Of a stretch of 64,000 nt of DNA, positions 10,977 to 23,454 are shown in pieces. The notes beneath the pieces are model-generated. The model worked only from the letters and a program-made list of their open reading frames with translations, was not told the DNA's origin and ran no database searches. Origin of the DNA: Psammoneis japonica (taxonomy: Eukaryota); assembly GCA_008632985.1 (NCBI GenBank), contig QPGO01000010.1:310001-374000 (forward strand), given 5' to 3'. Within the stretch, counting starts at the first letter, position 1. Every line of letters begins with the position of its first letter. The position numbers were made by a program, and so were the translations under genes.

Positions 10977-12166
10977 GAGTCGACAGTGTTGTCAGATTGC
11001 TTGCAGCCAGAACTGCCATCCTCTTGTTCCACAGTTTTGTCTGACACAGTGCATGGAGGAAAGATGGTGACAGCATTGAAGCATCCAAATGATGATGAGC
11101 CAAAACATTTTGGTCCACAAGGCTTTGTCCAGTTTCGGTGGACTCCACCAGAGCAGAGCCTGACCTTCTCCAAGAGGGAATGTCAGTTTCAGGACTTCGA
11201 TGGCATTGGTGGCCGGCACTCCTTCTGGCAAAAGAACATTTGATTGACAACAAAATGAAATCAATGAGAGTGAGTTTTGCGTCAAGACAAAATTTGAAAA
11301 TGCAAGATGCGAGTGATCCAACCCATTGACTCGCCTGGAACATTGGAGGCAGCATCTCCAAACAAACCGCTCTCTTCAGGAGTTTCACTTGCAGCTGACA
11401 TTGAACGTTCACTGGCTGCCAAGGTGTTTTCATTGGTGACAGGTTTTGTTTTTGCGGAAGGATTGCCCAAGGCAATTCAAGGTGAAGCGTGGCCAACTGC
11501 AGAGTCGTTCGTGGTCCCAGCAACAGCTCCCATTTCCTGTGGCAGTTCTGCTTCCCCGGTCTTGTCATCGGGCTTGTCCAAGGCAATGACAGGCAAAGTT
11601 GTCCCAACTGCAGAGTGACCATGGCTTGGACAGTGCTCTCCTTCTCCTTGCATGCAAGAGCACTCAAGAAGCCGTTGCCATCTGCAGAGTCGACAGCATT
11701 GTCGGAAGGCTTGCACCAACCGGAGCTGCCATCTTCTTGTTCCACTGTTTTGTGTGACAGTGCATGGAGGAAAGACCACGACAGTGGCGAAGCATCCAAA
11801 TGATGACAAGTTGAAACATTTTGGTCTGCAAGGCTTTGTCCAGTTTTGGCAGACTCCACTGGAGCAGAACCTTCACCAAGAGGGACAGACTCTTGGGCTT
11901 TCTTGGGATCGATGGCATTGGTGGTGACCGACACTCCTTCTGGTGAAAGGACAGCTGATTTTTAAAAAATGAAATCAATGAGAACAAGTTTTGTGTCAAT
12001 GACAAACAAAATGCAAACAAATCAAGCCAACAACTTGCTTGGAACATTTGCGACAGCATTCACTGACAAGCCACTTTTTCCGGAAGTCATGTTTGCAGCT
12101 AACATGGAACATGTGATGGCGGCCAAGGTGTTTTCATTGGCGGCAGACTTCGTTTTTGTGGAAGGA
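10977..12166. repeat. Direct duplication of about 480 bp (10977-11463 and 11687-12166)
   Basis: Both copies start gagtcgacag and share gtgcatggaggaaaga, gaagcatccaaatgatga, caaggctttgtccagttt, aaaatgaaatcaatgaga and gccaaggtgttttcattgg. Confidence 0.85.
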
Positions 12167-15100
12167 CCACTCGGTTTGGAGCTGGATGTGTCAAGGCCAG
12201 CACACCCTGTTGCAGCAGTGCGTGTTTTAGCAAGTGATGTGCTGTTTGCTTTGCCGCGGCTGGCAGACCTGACTCCTCTGTTGGGCGGTGCTTTGAGCAC
12301 AATGCAGCTGGCTTTGTTCGGCTCTGCCTCTTGGTTTTCCTTTTTGCTTGTCTTGCAATCAATCAGGTGGGATCAAGTGGCCAATGCATTTTCTTCTTTG
12401 ATGGGGTGGCTCCAGAGGAAAATGTCTTCATCCAAGTTGAATGATTGCTGGAGCAAGCGCGGTGGAGGATTTGATGATTCGCGCCATTGACAAGGACTGG
12501 ACGGCCTCCGTTGCCCACTTCTTCTTGAATCCAGCTTGGCTGGTCACACGCTGCCTCACAACAGCAGGCGCATCCAACACAGTGGCACTCCAAGCTTTTG
12601 TGCTAGATGCCAATCCGTTTGCATCTGCAGCTTGCTTTGCACGATTCCGTTGCATTGCCCAAAGTTGGCTTGTGAGCAGATGTTGGTTTCATGTCATTGA
12701 CAAAATGATGCCAGGCAGAAGGTGCCTTTGCATTTCTAAATTAAAAGCAAGAGATGAAGTCAAAGAAAAGAGACTGGTGAATGGTCGTGACAGTGCCAGC
12801 AACAAAAGTGAAGAGCAAGTTGCTTGCCTTGCTTTCGTTTTTGCATTTCACTGGTGGGCCCTTGAAATGGAGCACAGTCATTGCAAACTCAAGTTGTGGT
12901 CAGAGCTCTGGCATCTTCTTCTGACAATCCAATTGTCCTTCTAACCCACAAGGGCAGTGGAAGTGTCTCTTCACCAAACTCAGGCCCCAATCTGCTTTCA
13001 ACATTCGTCCATGTTAGAAATTCTTTGCATTGAATGGATTTAGGGTGGAGCGGCTTTGAAGATCGTTTTGAGTCTGTTGAGTGCTGCTTCGGGGCTTTCG
13101 CTTCATCAGATAATTTCCGTCACTTAGACCACTTCCAATCATTGTCTCGTTTTCCTCTCCTCCTTTTAGACATGTGCAAAGCAAGAGTTTGTCTCTCCCA
13201 GAGAGGATTTGCTGATGGCAAGTCTTCATCCAATGACAATGGTGCCGTGAATTTTACCATGTTCAATCCAAACCATCCCCATCAGTTTCACAAGAGGTTG
13301 AGAAGAAAACAAAGCTTGCACATGAGAGGGAGACTTGATGAAGAGCAGTGCAAATGAACACAACAGTGATGCAAAGCAATTCTTGCCTGTTTTGCCAAGA
13401 AGGATGGCCAACGGCAACGTTTCAAACTGAAAACAGGGTGTTTTGACAAAGAGCTTCTCGCAATGTTGTCACAAGCTGCAAAGCAACGAACAAGATGTGA
13501 GATGAGGGACAATGATGCAAGACACAAAGACAACAAGAAGGGGAGGTGAAAGAGCAACACTCACCAACTGCATGCAAGTCAACAATGAGCAACAACAACG
13601 AACGTTTTTATGAGTTTGATTGTGCACTTTGAACTTGTGGGCTTGTGACGGGTTGTGATGGGCTGGGTCGTGGCTCCTTGCATGCACAAGTGCACAAAAT
13701 GTTTGGAGTTGGCCAACAAACCTTGTGGTGCTGCATTTGTCGCACCTGCCTTGCCGGCACATCTTTTTCTCTTTTTTCTCTTTTTGCTTTTCCCTTCTCT
13801 CGCCCCCCTCCAACAAACTCCCAAAATCTGGAAGACCACTCTGACATTTGAGGCAGCGCTTGTGTGTCAGCAACCATTCATTTCAGCGACAATCTTGGTG
13901 GCTGGCAACTTGTTGCTGCTGTTTGCTGCAGCCTCAGCACACGACCGTGCTGCTTGTTGTCAGAGACAGACACCAGAGAAACAGGCTGTGGGTGTGAGTG
14001 CAAAGTCTGTGCTCCCCCCCTTGAAGACTTTTCAGCATGTCAGCTTTCACTTTGTCAAGAATGGCAGTTTGCTGCTGACAAAACCACTGCAAAAGTGTTG
14101 CTTCTCCTTTCCCTTTTTGGTCTACAATGCACTCCATGGAAAACAACCAATGATGATGATGTGAAGTGTCTTTTTGTCACAATGAAGGAATCCTTCAATG
14201 ATGACCATGAAATGTGTCCACACTTGCAGAATCCACAGCACGACTGCTGCATGTTTTTGTGCAAAAAAAAACTGTTTTTGTCTTCTTGCTGTTTGTGTGC
14301 AAAAATGGACTCCAGCGGACTGTCGTCTGACCAGGCACACTGCTGCAAATGTGTTGGTCTAAAATGTGCCTGATCAGATGACAGTCAAGCCCATTTCTCA
14401 CCCAAAACAAAATTCACAGCAGTGAAAGAAAGACAGAAATGGCTTGGTGTTTGTTTCTCAGCACTGGACCATGCATGTTCTGTGCAATGGGTCAGCAGCA
14501 TGAAAGATTGTGCCGCTGAGTCTGAAGATCCTGGCACGCAGATCAACTCATCTTTTGGCACAGGTCTGCAAGGTCCAAGCTCTGAACACCATGAAGAACA
14601 AAGACATCATTTTGCAACTCAATTGCTTGCTGTCACACAAGCTCTCCAAGCTCCTTGCTGCCAGTGTTGCTGGGGCCAAATGAGCTTTGTGCCTTTGTTT
14701 GGTCTCACAGGAACTTGGTTTTTGTTGACAGCAACCCCGCTCCTCTGCTCACTGACAACTCTTTGGCTGTCAAAAGGATCAACACCATCAGCCCCCTGCT
14801 GATGGCTGCACTGCATTTATGCTCGCCACTTTGCTGTGCACCAAGGCTGGCATGAGAGACTGGAAAAAGTTGAAAGTTCTTGCACTCATGACACCATGTT
14901 CTCTTTTGCCCCACAGCGCAGCTGCAGCTTGTTGACTGTGTGATGCAGCACATGGCCGTGCTGTGTGCTTTGTCATGAGACAGTGCGTGAAACCAAACAA
15001 TGCAACGGATTGGAGAGACGAACCATCGGACAACGGATTTGGAGCCAGCTCGTCAAGGAGCTCATTCCAAATCCATGCTGTGATGGTTTGTCACAGTTGT

Positions 15101-15943
15101 CCTTGCTTGTGTCTGCACGTTGCACAGAAGGAAACTGAATTTGCCATTTTTGGACACGCCCCCCCACTGACATTGTTGCCAAGGTGGTTCTCCGGGTGGG
15201 TGCTTCATGCTTGCCATGCTCTCGACAGTTGATGGGGTGCTGTGGCCAACTCTTTTGGTTGGTGCCCACTTTGGTTCTTTCACTTGTTGTTGGAGACCCT
15301 TGCAGACACCAATTTGTCCTTTGTCTGTCTTCCTCTTTCCTTTTCCTGTTGGGCATTTTTTTCCAAGAAACCAGGGCTCTGCCAGATTGCTCATCAGGGG
15401 AGTCGAGAGTGGCGGCTGTCTGGTTGTTGGGTGTTGTGTTGGGTGTGTTGGACACACACAACCAGATGGACAGACCCAGCACATGCAGACAGCACATGCC
15501 TCCCCTCACTTTTCCTTCATCACCAGCAGTGCCGCACTTGTTGTTGTCGATGCTGCTGTCCCAGCATTTTTTGTTGGGCTGCCCAGACATCTGGTCATGT
15601 CCTGGCACATCTCTGTTTTCCACTTAACTCTGCCACACTGCTGTCTGCTTTTCATCATCATCTTGCCAAAAGGTGGTCAGAGGCTTTTGGTGTCTTTTTG
15701 GGCAGCTCAGCACGTTTCTCTCATCAGCAAGGGGGGGGGCTGTTGTTGGCTCTGCGGTTTTGTGGCACACAAGCTGCCAGCTGCGAATGGTCTTTCTCTT
15801 TTCACCACTTCATTGGCTCACCACAGGAAAAAGCTGACAACATGGGGCAGATGATCACTCGCTTTTCACTTTTGCACAGAAATGCTGGTGTTGTGGACTG
15901 CATGCACTCACATTGACGGGAAGGCAGGCTCTGCAATTCGCCA

Positions 15944-15966
15944 GTCAAAAGGCGCTTGTGCTTCGA
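15944..15966 (+). repeat. 23-bp direct repeat, copy 2 (copy 1 at 322-344)
   Basis: gtcaaaaggcgcttgtgcttcga; it lies where TpA frequency returns to normal. Confidence 0.7.
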
Positions 15967-17634
15967 AATTTCAAAAGAACAGAATAAGAAGACAGCATCT
16001 TGCTACCGGTACAGTAGATAGAGAGAGTAGACTCTTAGCTTAGCAGCAGGTAGCTACCGTACGCAGATGATAAAAAGACAGCTGCACAGGCAACACAGTC
16101 ACAGGCTCAGATGTAGATTCGATAGAAAGGCACCCCTCTTCTCGAGAGGATGAAGCTCATACATCCTGTAGCACAGGGAGCAACAGGATATCCTCATTGA
16201 ACATCAATAAATTGCATAACTTGATCGAATGAGGCAAGTGATAAAGTCACTAAGAGAAAGCTATCTGCTAGTACAGTACAACCCGTTCACCCTCACAGCC
16301 ATTTTCGTCCCTGCAATTTAACTCTTTCCTATATTTCCATGCAATATGTATCGTAGTACCGCAATGACGTATCTGCCTTCCTGCTCATCCTTTAACGCGG
16401 CTTGGAACAAGCTTTCCTTCCGTTGTCATATCTAACTGAAACCAGCACTTGTACCTACGCAATTTTGCCGCATGCGCCTTCTACGTCAACTATTCAAACG
16501 TGCAAAACATGTAACCAGCGGTATGCCTCAAAAGGACAAACTAATGCTTTCCCTGCTTCTGCTTGAGCCATTCCTCGTGGTCGATGCCGAGTCCTTCCTC
16601 GAGATTCTCCATGCGCCTAGGAATGCGACTCGTGACCCTCTTTACGAGGGTGTCTTGAGGTTCTTTCCCCCACGTCTGAATGAGCATATTTCTTTTGCGT
16701 GGATCAACCTGACACCAAGAAGAAGATTAAGTAACAAAAGACTACAGTTAGTCTTCATCGATACAGTTTATTTGAAGCGATGCTCTCCATCAATGCTAGG
16801 TGATGAACAACTGCAAGTCATAGCACAGTAGAGGAACTCACCTGCACATCCTTGTAAGTTGTCACGGCATGAAGTCCCATACCACACATGAACGTCAAGC
16901 TGAAACATGAACGGAGAGAGAGAGAGTTGGAACCGATGAGGACGCCCATTCACGGAAGATGACGACAACCAAGTTCGTCACAAAACCTACCCTGCACCGA
17001 GGATTGCAATCAACGGGTACACTGATGGATCTTGCAGAAAACCTGAAAAAGCAAACAATGAGAATGTCGTTTCGTGCGCAGGAAAGCATTTAGTTCAGAA
17101 CAAGGGATAACAGAAGCGTCATGAAGAGAGAAGCCTGATGGAAGATCAAAATATGACCAACCATGAAGATCCGCCGCCGTTCTTACCTTCTCGAAAGGTA
17201 TTCGCGCTATCCATACGAAGCCCAAACGGATGTTTTGGCCCTATCCGATCTGCTGCTTTGGTGGCGAATCGACGTCCGACAACGCGGTTTCGGAGGAGGG
17301 TAGATGTCAACATGGCGGGGACGAGCTGAAAAGATATTTTGTGACACCTTTCTCACATCACAGAAGAGCGATGTCAAAAGTTCAAGGCGCGGGAACAAAG
17401 ATACGAATTTGGCTACGCAAGTTACGTGTAAGTAGGAAGACGTAGAAATGTACTGAGCCTGTTGGAGGGAAGTTTTGGACGTAAAGATGCAATGAAAACC
17501 CAAAAGCAAGTTTCTTCTGAGCTCACGCGCCGGGATGTGACGGACGAAACAGTACGCAAGACTGTACAAAGTACAAAGCGAAGAAGAGAGCGAGCACAGA
17601 GAGAGTACAACCAACAACGGATGCGGCCGCAACT

Positions 17635-18447
17635 ATGACGCGACGGACGATGAGCTCTAACATTGCCTTCGGGACAACACTATTGGCGTGTATCTTCGGT
17701 CAGGCTTTTTCTTACATCCCATCTAGTTGCCAGCGATGCACTGGAATATCCACCCGTCTTTGTGGATGGCTCGACGCCTTCCTTCCTCCGGCATATGATG
17801 AAGGAGCAGATGCCGAGCGTCGCCAGCAGTACCCAGAACAATACCCAGCAACATACGAATCGTCGAGCGTTCTCATTAAATCTGACGGCTCAGAAGCGAA
17901 GCTGGTGCGCCCCTTGCTGAAGCAAACTCAACTGGAAAGCCGTCCTATGCAAGTGGCTTTTGATGCCAACAAGAATGGGTGGTCCGCTGGCGCTTTCCAC
18001 AAAAGAGTCGATGGAAAGGGGGCTGCCGTTGTTTTGGCCGAGAGTGAGAGTGGTGAAATAGTGGGCGGTTACAACCCCAAAGGATGGTCCAGTTGCGGTG
18101 GAGCTCGCCCTTCGGTTGCTGCATTTTTGTTTTATACGGACAGCCAAGACAACTTTCAGAAGCTTCAAAAAGTTGGTGGCGGTGGTTTGGCTTGTGCACG
18201 AGATGATCCAGAGTTTGGTATTTGCCTGGGAGCTGATGGACTTGTCATTGGATTGCAAGCTGGCCCGAAGCAAAAGCTGGCGTCTTCTAAACTCGGACCA
18301 TATTTTGAGCGCGGACCAGAGGACTTGTCTAGTTTATTCCAGAGTGGTGCAGCAAGACTTAGAAGTCTCAAAGTACTTGTAGGTGTCTATGCAAAAGGAG
18401 AAGAGATTCCATACAATGGTGCCGTCTTGGACATGACGTCTGGTTAA
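17635..18447 (+). CDS. TLDc-domain (oxidation-resistance family) protein, probably plastid-targeted, intronless
   Basis: 270-aa ORF with FDANKNGWSAGAFHKRVDGKGAAVVLAES...VGGYNPKGW...AFLF, typical of TLDc, and a hydrophobic N-terminal signal-like segment. Confidence 0.85.
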   Translation: MTRRTMSSNIAFGTTLLACIFGQAFSYIPSSCQRCTGISTRLCGWLDAFLPPAYDEGADAERRQQYPEQYPATYESSSVLIKSDGSEAKLVRPLLKQTQLESRPMQVAFDANKNGWSAGAFHKRVDGKGAAVVLAESESGEIVGGYNPKGWSSCGGARPSVAAFLFYTDSQDNFQKLQKVGGGGLACARDDPEFGICLGADGLVIGLQAGPKQKLASSKLGPYFERGPEDLSSLFQSGAARLRSLKVLVGVYAKGEEIPYNGAVLDMTSG

Positions 18448-19027
18448 TGCCTGAAACCCATCATTTCTCCGTTTGTTCCTAACCTTGTATCGATGCCAGG
18501 AATTTTTGGCTCATCGTTCGGTTGGTTCTACTAGTCTCTCGTGGATACCTTTGTCATCGCAAGAATTGTGTCACTCAACACCTCTTCTTCATCGGTAGTC
18601 AAACTACTTAGTATTTGACCCATGCCAGGGTACGTATGAATATAATTAGGAGCAGCCAGTGAGAGAATAGGACGCCAATACAATAGTAACCTCGCCGTTA
18701 TTCTTTTTGAAATGCAAGTCTTTAGAAAGAGGTCCTTTCCATCAAGGCACCTATTGTAGGTAGAGTAGGGTCCTCTCTACCCAGAGTGGGAATTATCCGG
18801 AAACCAAACGCTGCTTCGGATTCGTGACTGTAGACACGTGACCAATCCGCTTTGCTTAGATGCAGACGTGAATAAATTTCAATGATGTGAACACCTCAGT
18901 GCTCACAAAATGAGCAGCTGCGCTTCAACAAAGAAGAACAGGGACGGAACGACAACCGGGCAGTTCCGACCGTAGCATTGTTTCGAAAGTTATCGTCAAG
19001 AGCCAGGCATTCTACAAAGAAACAGTC

Positions 19028-20172
19028 ATGAAGCGTCCGATTGTTTCAACTTCGTCAGCTTTTCTCGTTGGTCTGTTGGCGGGATCAAGCTCCGGTTTTG
19101 CTCCGTGTTCTCTTCACTACAGGAGCCGCATTGCTGTTACTACAAGTACGTCGGCACGAAACTTGAATAATTTCTTCAATTTCAACCAAGAAAAGGAAGA
19201 AGAGAAAGTAAAAGAAGAGGAGGAAGAGACTTTCGAAGATGCTGCATACGACGAGTCCGATCCAGTCGAGAAGATATTCAGCTTCTTCTTTGGGAAACGA
19301 GAGGAAGCTCCAATGGGAATGTGTAAGTTGCGATCAAGGGTTTTCGTTGTCTCCGCTGTTTCCTTTCTCAAAGTCTTAAACTGTTGACCACATAACTCTG
19401 TTAACAGCTCGTTTTGGTCCCGATCGATTCCCCGAGCAATATCCCGCGACAACAACAGAGTGGGCGGATCCTGTCGCCTCGGATGATGCGGAAATGGCAA
19501 AACTGCGCCCGCTTCTAAAGAACACCAACCTGGAAACCCGTGGTTTGAAGCTGACATATGATGCTAATCGCATGGGTTGGAATGCGGTGGCCTTTCACAA
19601 AGCTGTAGATAAAAAGGGTGGGGCCATCGTCATGGCCAAATCTCGTTCCGGGCTTGTGTTTGGCGGCTACAACCCAAAGGGTTGGGTTGGTTATGGCGAA
19701 GCAAGAGGAAGCATTGCAGCCTTTCTGTACGTGTTTAATAAGGATGGTACTGCAACAAAGCTGAGAAAAGTCGGTGGAGCGGGGTTAGCGCAAATGGATA
19801 TGCCAGAGGTAAGAATGAACGCTGCATGTTGCATTTGTCTCGAGGTGTAGTAGAGTGCTTATTCAAGAAGCGAGGAATTATCGGCTGTTCACATCTTCTG
19901 AACTCATGATGTGTTACCTCGTCTACTGTTTCCAAAAGGCTGGTCCGTCATTTGGTGCTGACTCTCTAGTCATTCCCTTGAGTAAGGGCGATCCGAAACT
20001 CGCGCGTAGCAAGTTGGGCTCTTATTATGAAAGATTTGAGGACGGGACCCAGTCGTTGTTTGGTAAGGGCACGTCGTCTGTTCAGTTGTCAGAGCTCAAA
20101 GTCTACCATGGTGTGTACGAAGAAGGCGAATATATTCCCTTCACAGATGCGGAACCTTTTGCCTTGTATTAG
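19028..20172 (+). CDS. Second TLDc-domain protein; exons 19028-19322, 19408-19808, 19939-20172
   Basis: YDANRMGWNAVAFHKAVDKKGGAIV...FGGYNPKGW. Shares PEQYPAT and SKLGxY with the upstream paralog. GT-AG introns keep the frame. Signal peptide ends in SSG-F (ASAFAP-like plastid motif). Confidence 0.85.
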
Positions 20173-20478
20173 CGTTGGCACTGAAGTGTAAGCTAAGCTG
20201 TAAGAATGATAGAGAAATACAAAGAACAGCATGCGCGTATTGCTAAAGCAGCAGATGCTCTAGATATGAAAAAAAAACGCATTGCTAAAGCAGCAGATGC
20301 TCGTAGAGTCGTCTTAATTATAATTTGGCACTCTTAACATAAACTGGCAGGGAGACAATCATGTTGCGTAAGGACGAAGTGCGCCAGCGCAGCCATCCAT
20401 CCAATACGTTTTCCTACGAGCTAGAACTCCTTTATAAAAATCGGTACACAATCATCTCTCTTCCAAAAAAAGCAGCTA

Positions 20479-21155
20479 TTACAGTTCCATGACTTCTTCG
20501 TCTGGTTTCGCTTCTTTTTGGTGTGCAGCCTCCAACGCCTCTCGGGCTCCTTCAAGTTGTTCCGTCAGCTCTGGCGAATCACTCTTTGGTTCATTGTCTT
20601 CGAAAAGTTCCTTGGGTGGTGGGATACCACCGCTATCATTGGTTGTAAATTGTGACGTGGAAGATGATGGTATTGTAACTGCTTTTGGAGGAACCGACCG
20701 AACATACATGATAAACATGACAACTGAAACAACTATGCCGCCGAGAATCAGTGGTAAAATCTTGAAACAAAACTGAAAATCGGAGAAACATCAAAAGCAG
20801 CAACACCGTCAGTCAACAGAGTGAGAATAGCCATCAAAACGGCTTCAGTACAATTTGTTTTCGACCCAGAGTGCCCCCAAATCATCATTGTCAAGAAAGA
20901 TTCGCTTGTTGGCATCAGAAAATCAGTTTCAAACTGCGATTCCCTTCCTATAGTGGAATTCCTGCGTACACGACCTACCACAAGGAATCCTGAAAACAAT
21001 TCCTCGCGGTCACGCGCATATCTTTCTCAACGTACCTCTCTGGCCTCTTGTTCCGCTTGCAATCGAGCACGTTTCTCCTCTTTTGTTTCTTTCTTATATT
21101 TGCTAGTCTGACCACCGGTGGTGACAGTCGTTTTGTTTGTTTTGGATTTCGCCAT
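20479..21155 (-). CDS. Small single-pass membrane/coiled-coil protein (SMCO4/DUF4519-like); exons 21155-21036 and 20772-20479
   Basis: The spliced product KKETKEEKRARLQAEQEARE|FCFKILPLILGGIVVSVVMFIMYVRSVPP has a basic coiled segment followed by one TM helix. GT-AG intron in phase 0. Confidence 0.65.
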
Positions 21156-21501
21156 TGCAACGAACGATAATAACACACACAACGACCGAATCGAGAGTCC
21201 ATGACAACGCCTGGGTGCGCACGGACGGGCTCGAACGGTCACGATCCATATCATACGTAGGATTCTACGTGAGAGCTACTAGGGAGGAGACACTTGTGAC
21301 ATCATCCTGACATCATGGGGCGAGCTCCCGTGATTTTTTGTGATTTGCGACCGAAAAAATGAGCGAGGAGGGGGTGAGTTATTGTGAGGGTTATGTGACA
21401 AAAGTCGATGCGACTTGAATCTTACCCATCACCCATCATCCTACAGTATTGCGACAGTGAAACTGATAAACAACCTATATTTTATTGCTAGTGTAAGCTC
21501 T

Positions 21502-22863
21502 ATGGAAAGAATGGCTCGTGAAATACTCCTCTTTCATGTGCTTCTACTTTTCCGGTGTGTTGTGGATGGTTTCATCATGCCTCCACTTCATCACGTTGCC
21601 TGGCGGTCAAGAGGATGGATCGCCTCTAGCAAGCTAGAAATGAAAATGTTTACGACGACACCGCCTCGTACTGGAGTTGAATTACCATTGCTGGATGTAA
21701 TTGATTCAGAAGAATACGTCAACAAAACAGTGATACCCTTACCTTCGTCCCACTTGCCGGATGAGTTGTCGACGCCCTTTGTGTATGGCATGCAGTTTGA
21801 TCGTCCCATTTACAAACTGCTCATGGAAAAGGCAATCGAGGGTGAAGAGAAACTATATGGGCACGTTGCCTACAAGCCTGACCCCGATTCACTTGTTGGG
21901 GCGATTGGATGTGCTGCCCAAGTGCTGATTCAAGCTCCGACAGAACAATTACCAGACAAGGCAAAGAGCGCAACCATTGATCCAAATGACGATGAGTCGG
22001 TCACGATTGTTTCTCAAGGATCTTTTCGATTTGTTGTCAAGGAGATAATAAAGACGTTTCCTTTTCCTCTGGCGATTGTGGATGAGCTCGTGGATGGTCC
22101 AATAACGGCATCCAAACCTGACGACGAAAACGAGGATACGGATGAGGAGGAGGAAGACGCCGACGAGGATTCTGATGAAGAGGACGAGGATGATGATGAG
22201 GAAGACGATTACTATGCAGATTTAGACCCGTCAGACTTGTCCAAACAAACAATTATGGGTCTCAAGACCTTGGTCAAGCAGCAGCTCGAGTCCACATCCA
22301 ACTTGTCACCATTGGAGAAAGCTATTCTACAGGACTCTGGCGCAGGGACTGCAGATTACACGGAAGAAATGGCCGCTGTCCTTGATGTGTTTGTTGCATC
22401 ACTTATAGACATTTGTCCAACACCCATTGAACGATACTTCACGCTTGGCATGATGGCTGGTGAGATTGCCAACTTATCCAATGAGCTTCGTACAGAAATG
22501 CTCGTTTCCACAGACGGGGTTGCGCGGCTACGGCTTGTCTTGAAGCAAGTACAAGAACGTGTAGCCATGGCTCAAGCACGAAAGCTGTCTGAAGACATTA
22601 CCAAGGAAGCAGAAGTTGACGAAGCTGAGTTAAAGGTTGGAACACCACAGCTCCCACCATGGGCCAAGCAAATACGAAAAGGAACAAGGATTGAGTACTT
22701 TTGGAACGAAGAGTATGGCTGGTGCGGCGGTGTCGTTGTCGAAGACCCAGTGCAGATACTGGATGAACTAGTCATAACAGTCACGTTTGATGACGGCGAG
22801 ACACATAAGCTACCCTTTCACGGAGACGAAAAAGTTCGCTGGCGTCCAGGACAAGCGTCATAA
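21502..22863 (+). CDS. Lon N-terminal (substrate-binding/PUA-like) domain protein with an acidic insert and a C-terminal Tudor-like domain, probably plastid-targeted
   Basis: Long ORF; GAIGCAAQVL...VSQGSFRFVVKEIIKTFPFPLAIVDEL resembles Lon-N. C-terminal GTRIEYFWNEEYGWCGGVV...VTFDDGE is Tudor-like. Signal-like N-terminus ends in DG-F. Confidence 0.65.
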   Translation: MERMAREILLFHVLLLFRCVVDGFIMPPLHHVAWRSRGWIASSKLEMKMFTTTPPRTGVELPLLDVIDSEEYVNKTVIPLPSSHLPDELSTPFVYGMQFDRPIYKLLMEKAIEGEEKLYGHVAYKPDPDSLVGAIGCAAQVLIQAPTEQLPDKAKSATIDPNDDESVTIVSQGSFRFVVKEIIKTFPFPLAIVDELVDGPITASKPDDENEDTDEEEEDADEDSDEEDEDDDEEDDYYADLDPSDLSKQTIMGLKTLVKQQLESTSNLSPLEKAILQDSGAGTADYTEEMAAVLDVFVASLIDICPTPIERYFTLGMMAGEIANLSNELRTEMLVSTDGVARLRLVLKQVQERVAMAQARKLSEDITKEAEVDEAELKVGTPQLPPWAKQIRKGTRIEYFWNEEYGWCGGVVVEDPVQILDELVITVTFDDGETHKLPFHGDEKVRWRPGQAS

Positions 22864-23454
22864 CATGAAACATGCTAAACAGATTCGAAAATCGAACGAA
22901 GTCTAACAAAAAGAAATGCTACAGCTACAGCATGAGAAATGGCGTAAAGCCGTAACAAGACTTGACCCACTAGCGGTTGACATACTTCATGCCCACGCTT
23001 ACCGGTAAGGTGCTAGTACAAGTTTGCTATTCAACATTTCTATTTCATACGAGAGAAAAAAGGCTGCAATTCACTCGTCTACCACGATTTCTCGTGTGCT
23101 TCCAATGCCTTTCACTTCACCGTGCCATACATTCACCCCTTGCTTGCCGAGGGAAGCTCATTTTTCTTGCAAGTCCATCTCTTCCTTTCGTTTCGATGGC
23201 GTCCTCCACAAGGCGCGTAGTCCTTTAAAATGCCAAAGAGAAACGATTGAGGTGCGACAACTTGCAAGGGTACCGCTACGAGAAGAGGCGGAACTAGATA
23301 CTTTAGCGAGGAAAGACCCACAAGCGGTCAATGCATTCAGTCCACGTGCAACATATAGTTTGCTATTCGATACGTAGTTCTATTCAATACTACTAGCAGA
23401 TACTAAAGGAAAATACTGAGAAAGATTTCCGGTGCCATGCTCATGATGATTCAT

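Larger units (their letters stand above)
372..15975. other. TpA- and CpG-depleted block A of nested, decayed transposable elements
   Basis: By eye there is only one TpA (5124) between 4286 and 5949, versus about 10 in 16001-16063 just outside the block. TG and CA are in excess, and all six frames show Cys/His/Gln-rich, Tyr-free ORFs. Edges are approximate (+/-50 bp). Confidence 0.9.

Noticed and set aside
372..15975. Dense overlapping Cys/His/Gln-rich ORFs in all six frames as novel small proteins
   Set aside because: TpA loss removes TAA/TAG stops and TG/CA gain creates Cys, His and Gln codons, so these ORFs are a compositional artefact. The same applies to blocks B and C.
372..15975. Foreign DNA, contamination or an alternative genetic code in the depleted blocks
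   Set aside because: The blocks contain diatom-type retroelements with TSDs and share sequence with an undepleted part of the window (4239 vs 42562).
20239..20302. 22-bp direct repeat attgctaaagcagcagatgctc
   Set aside because: A short local duplication between convergent gene ends with no further structure.
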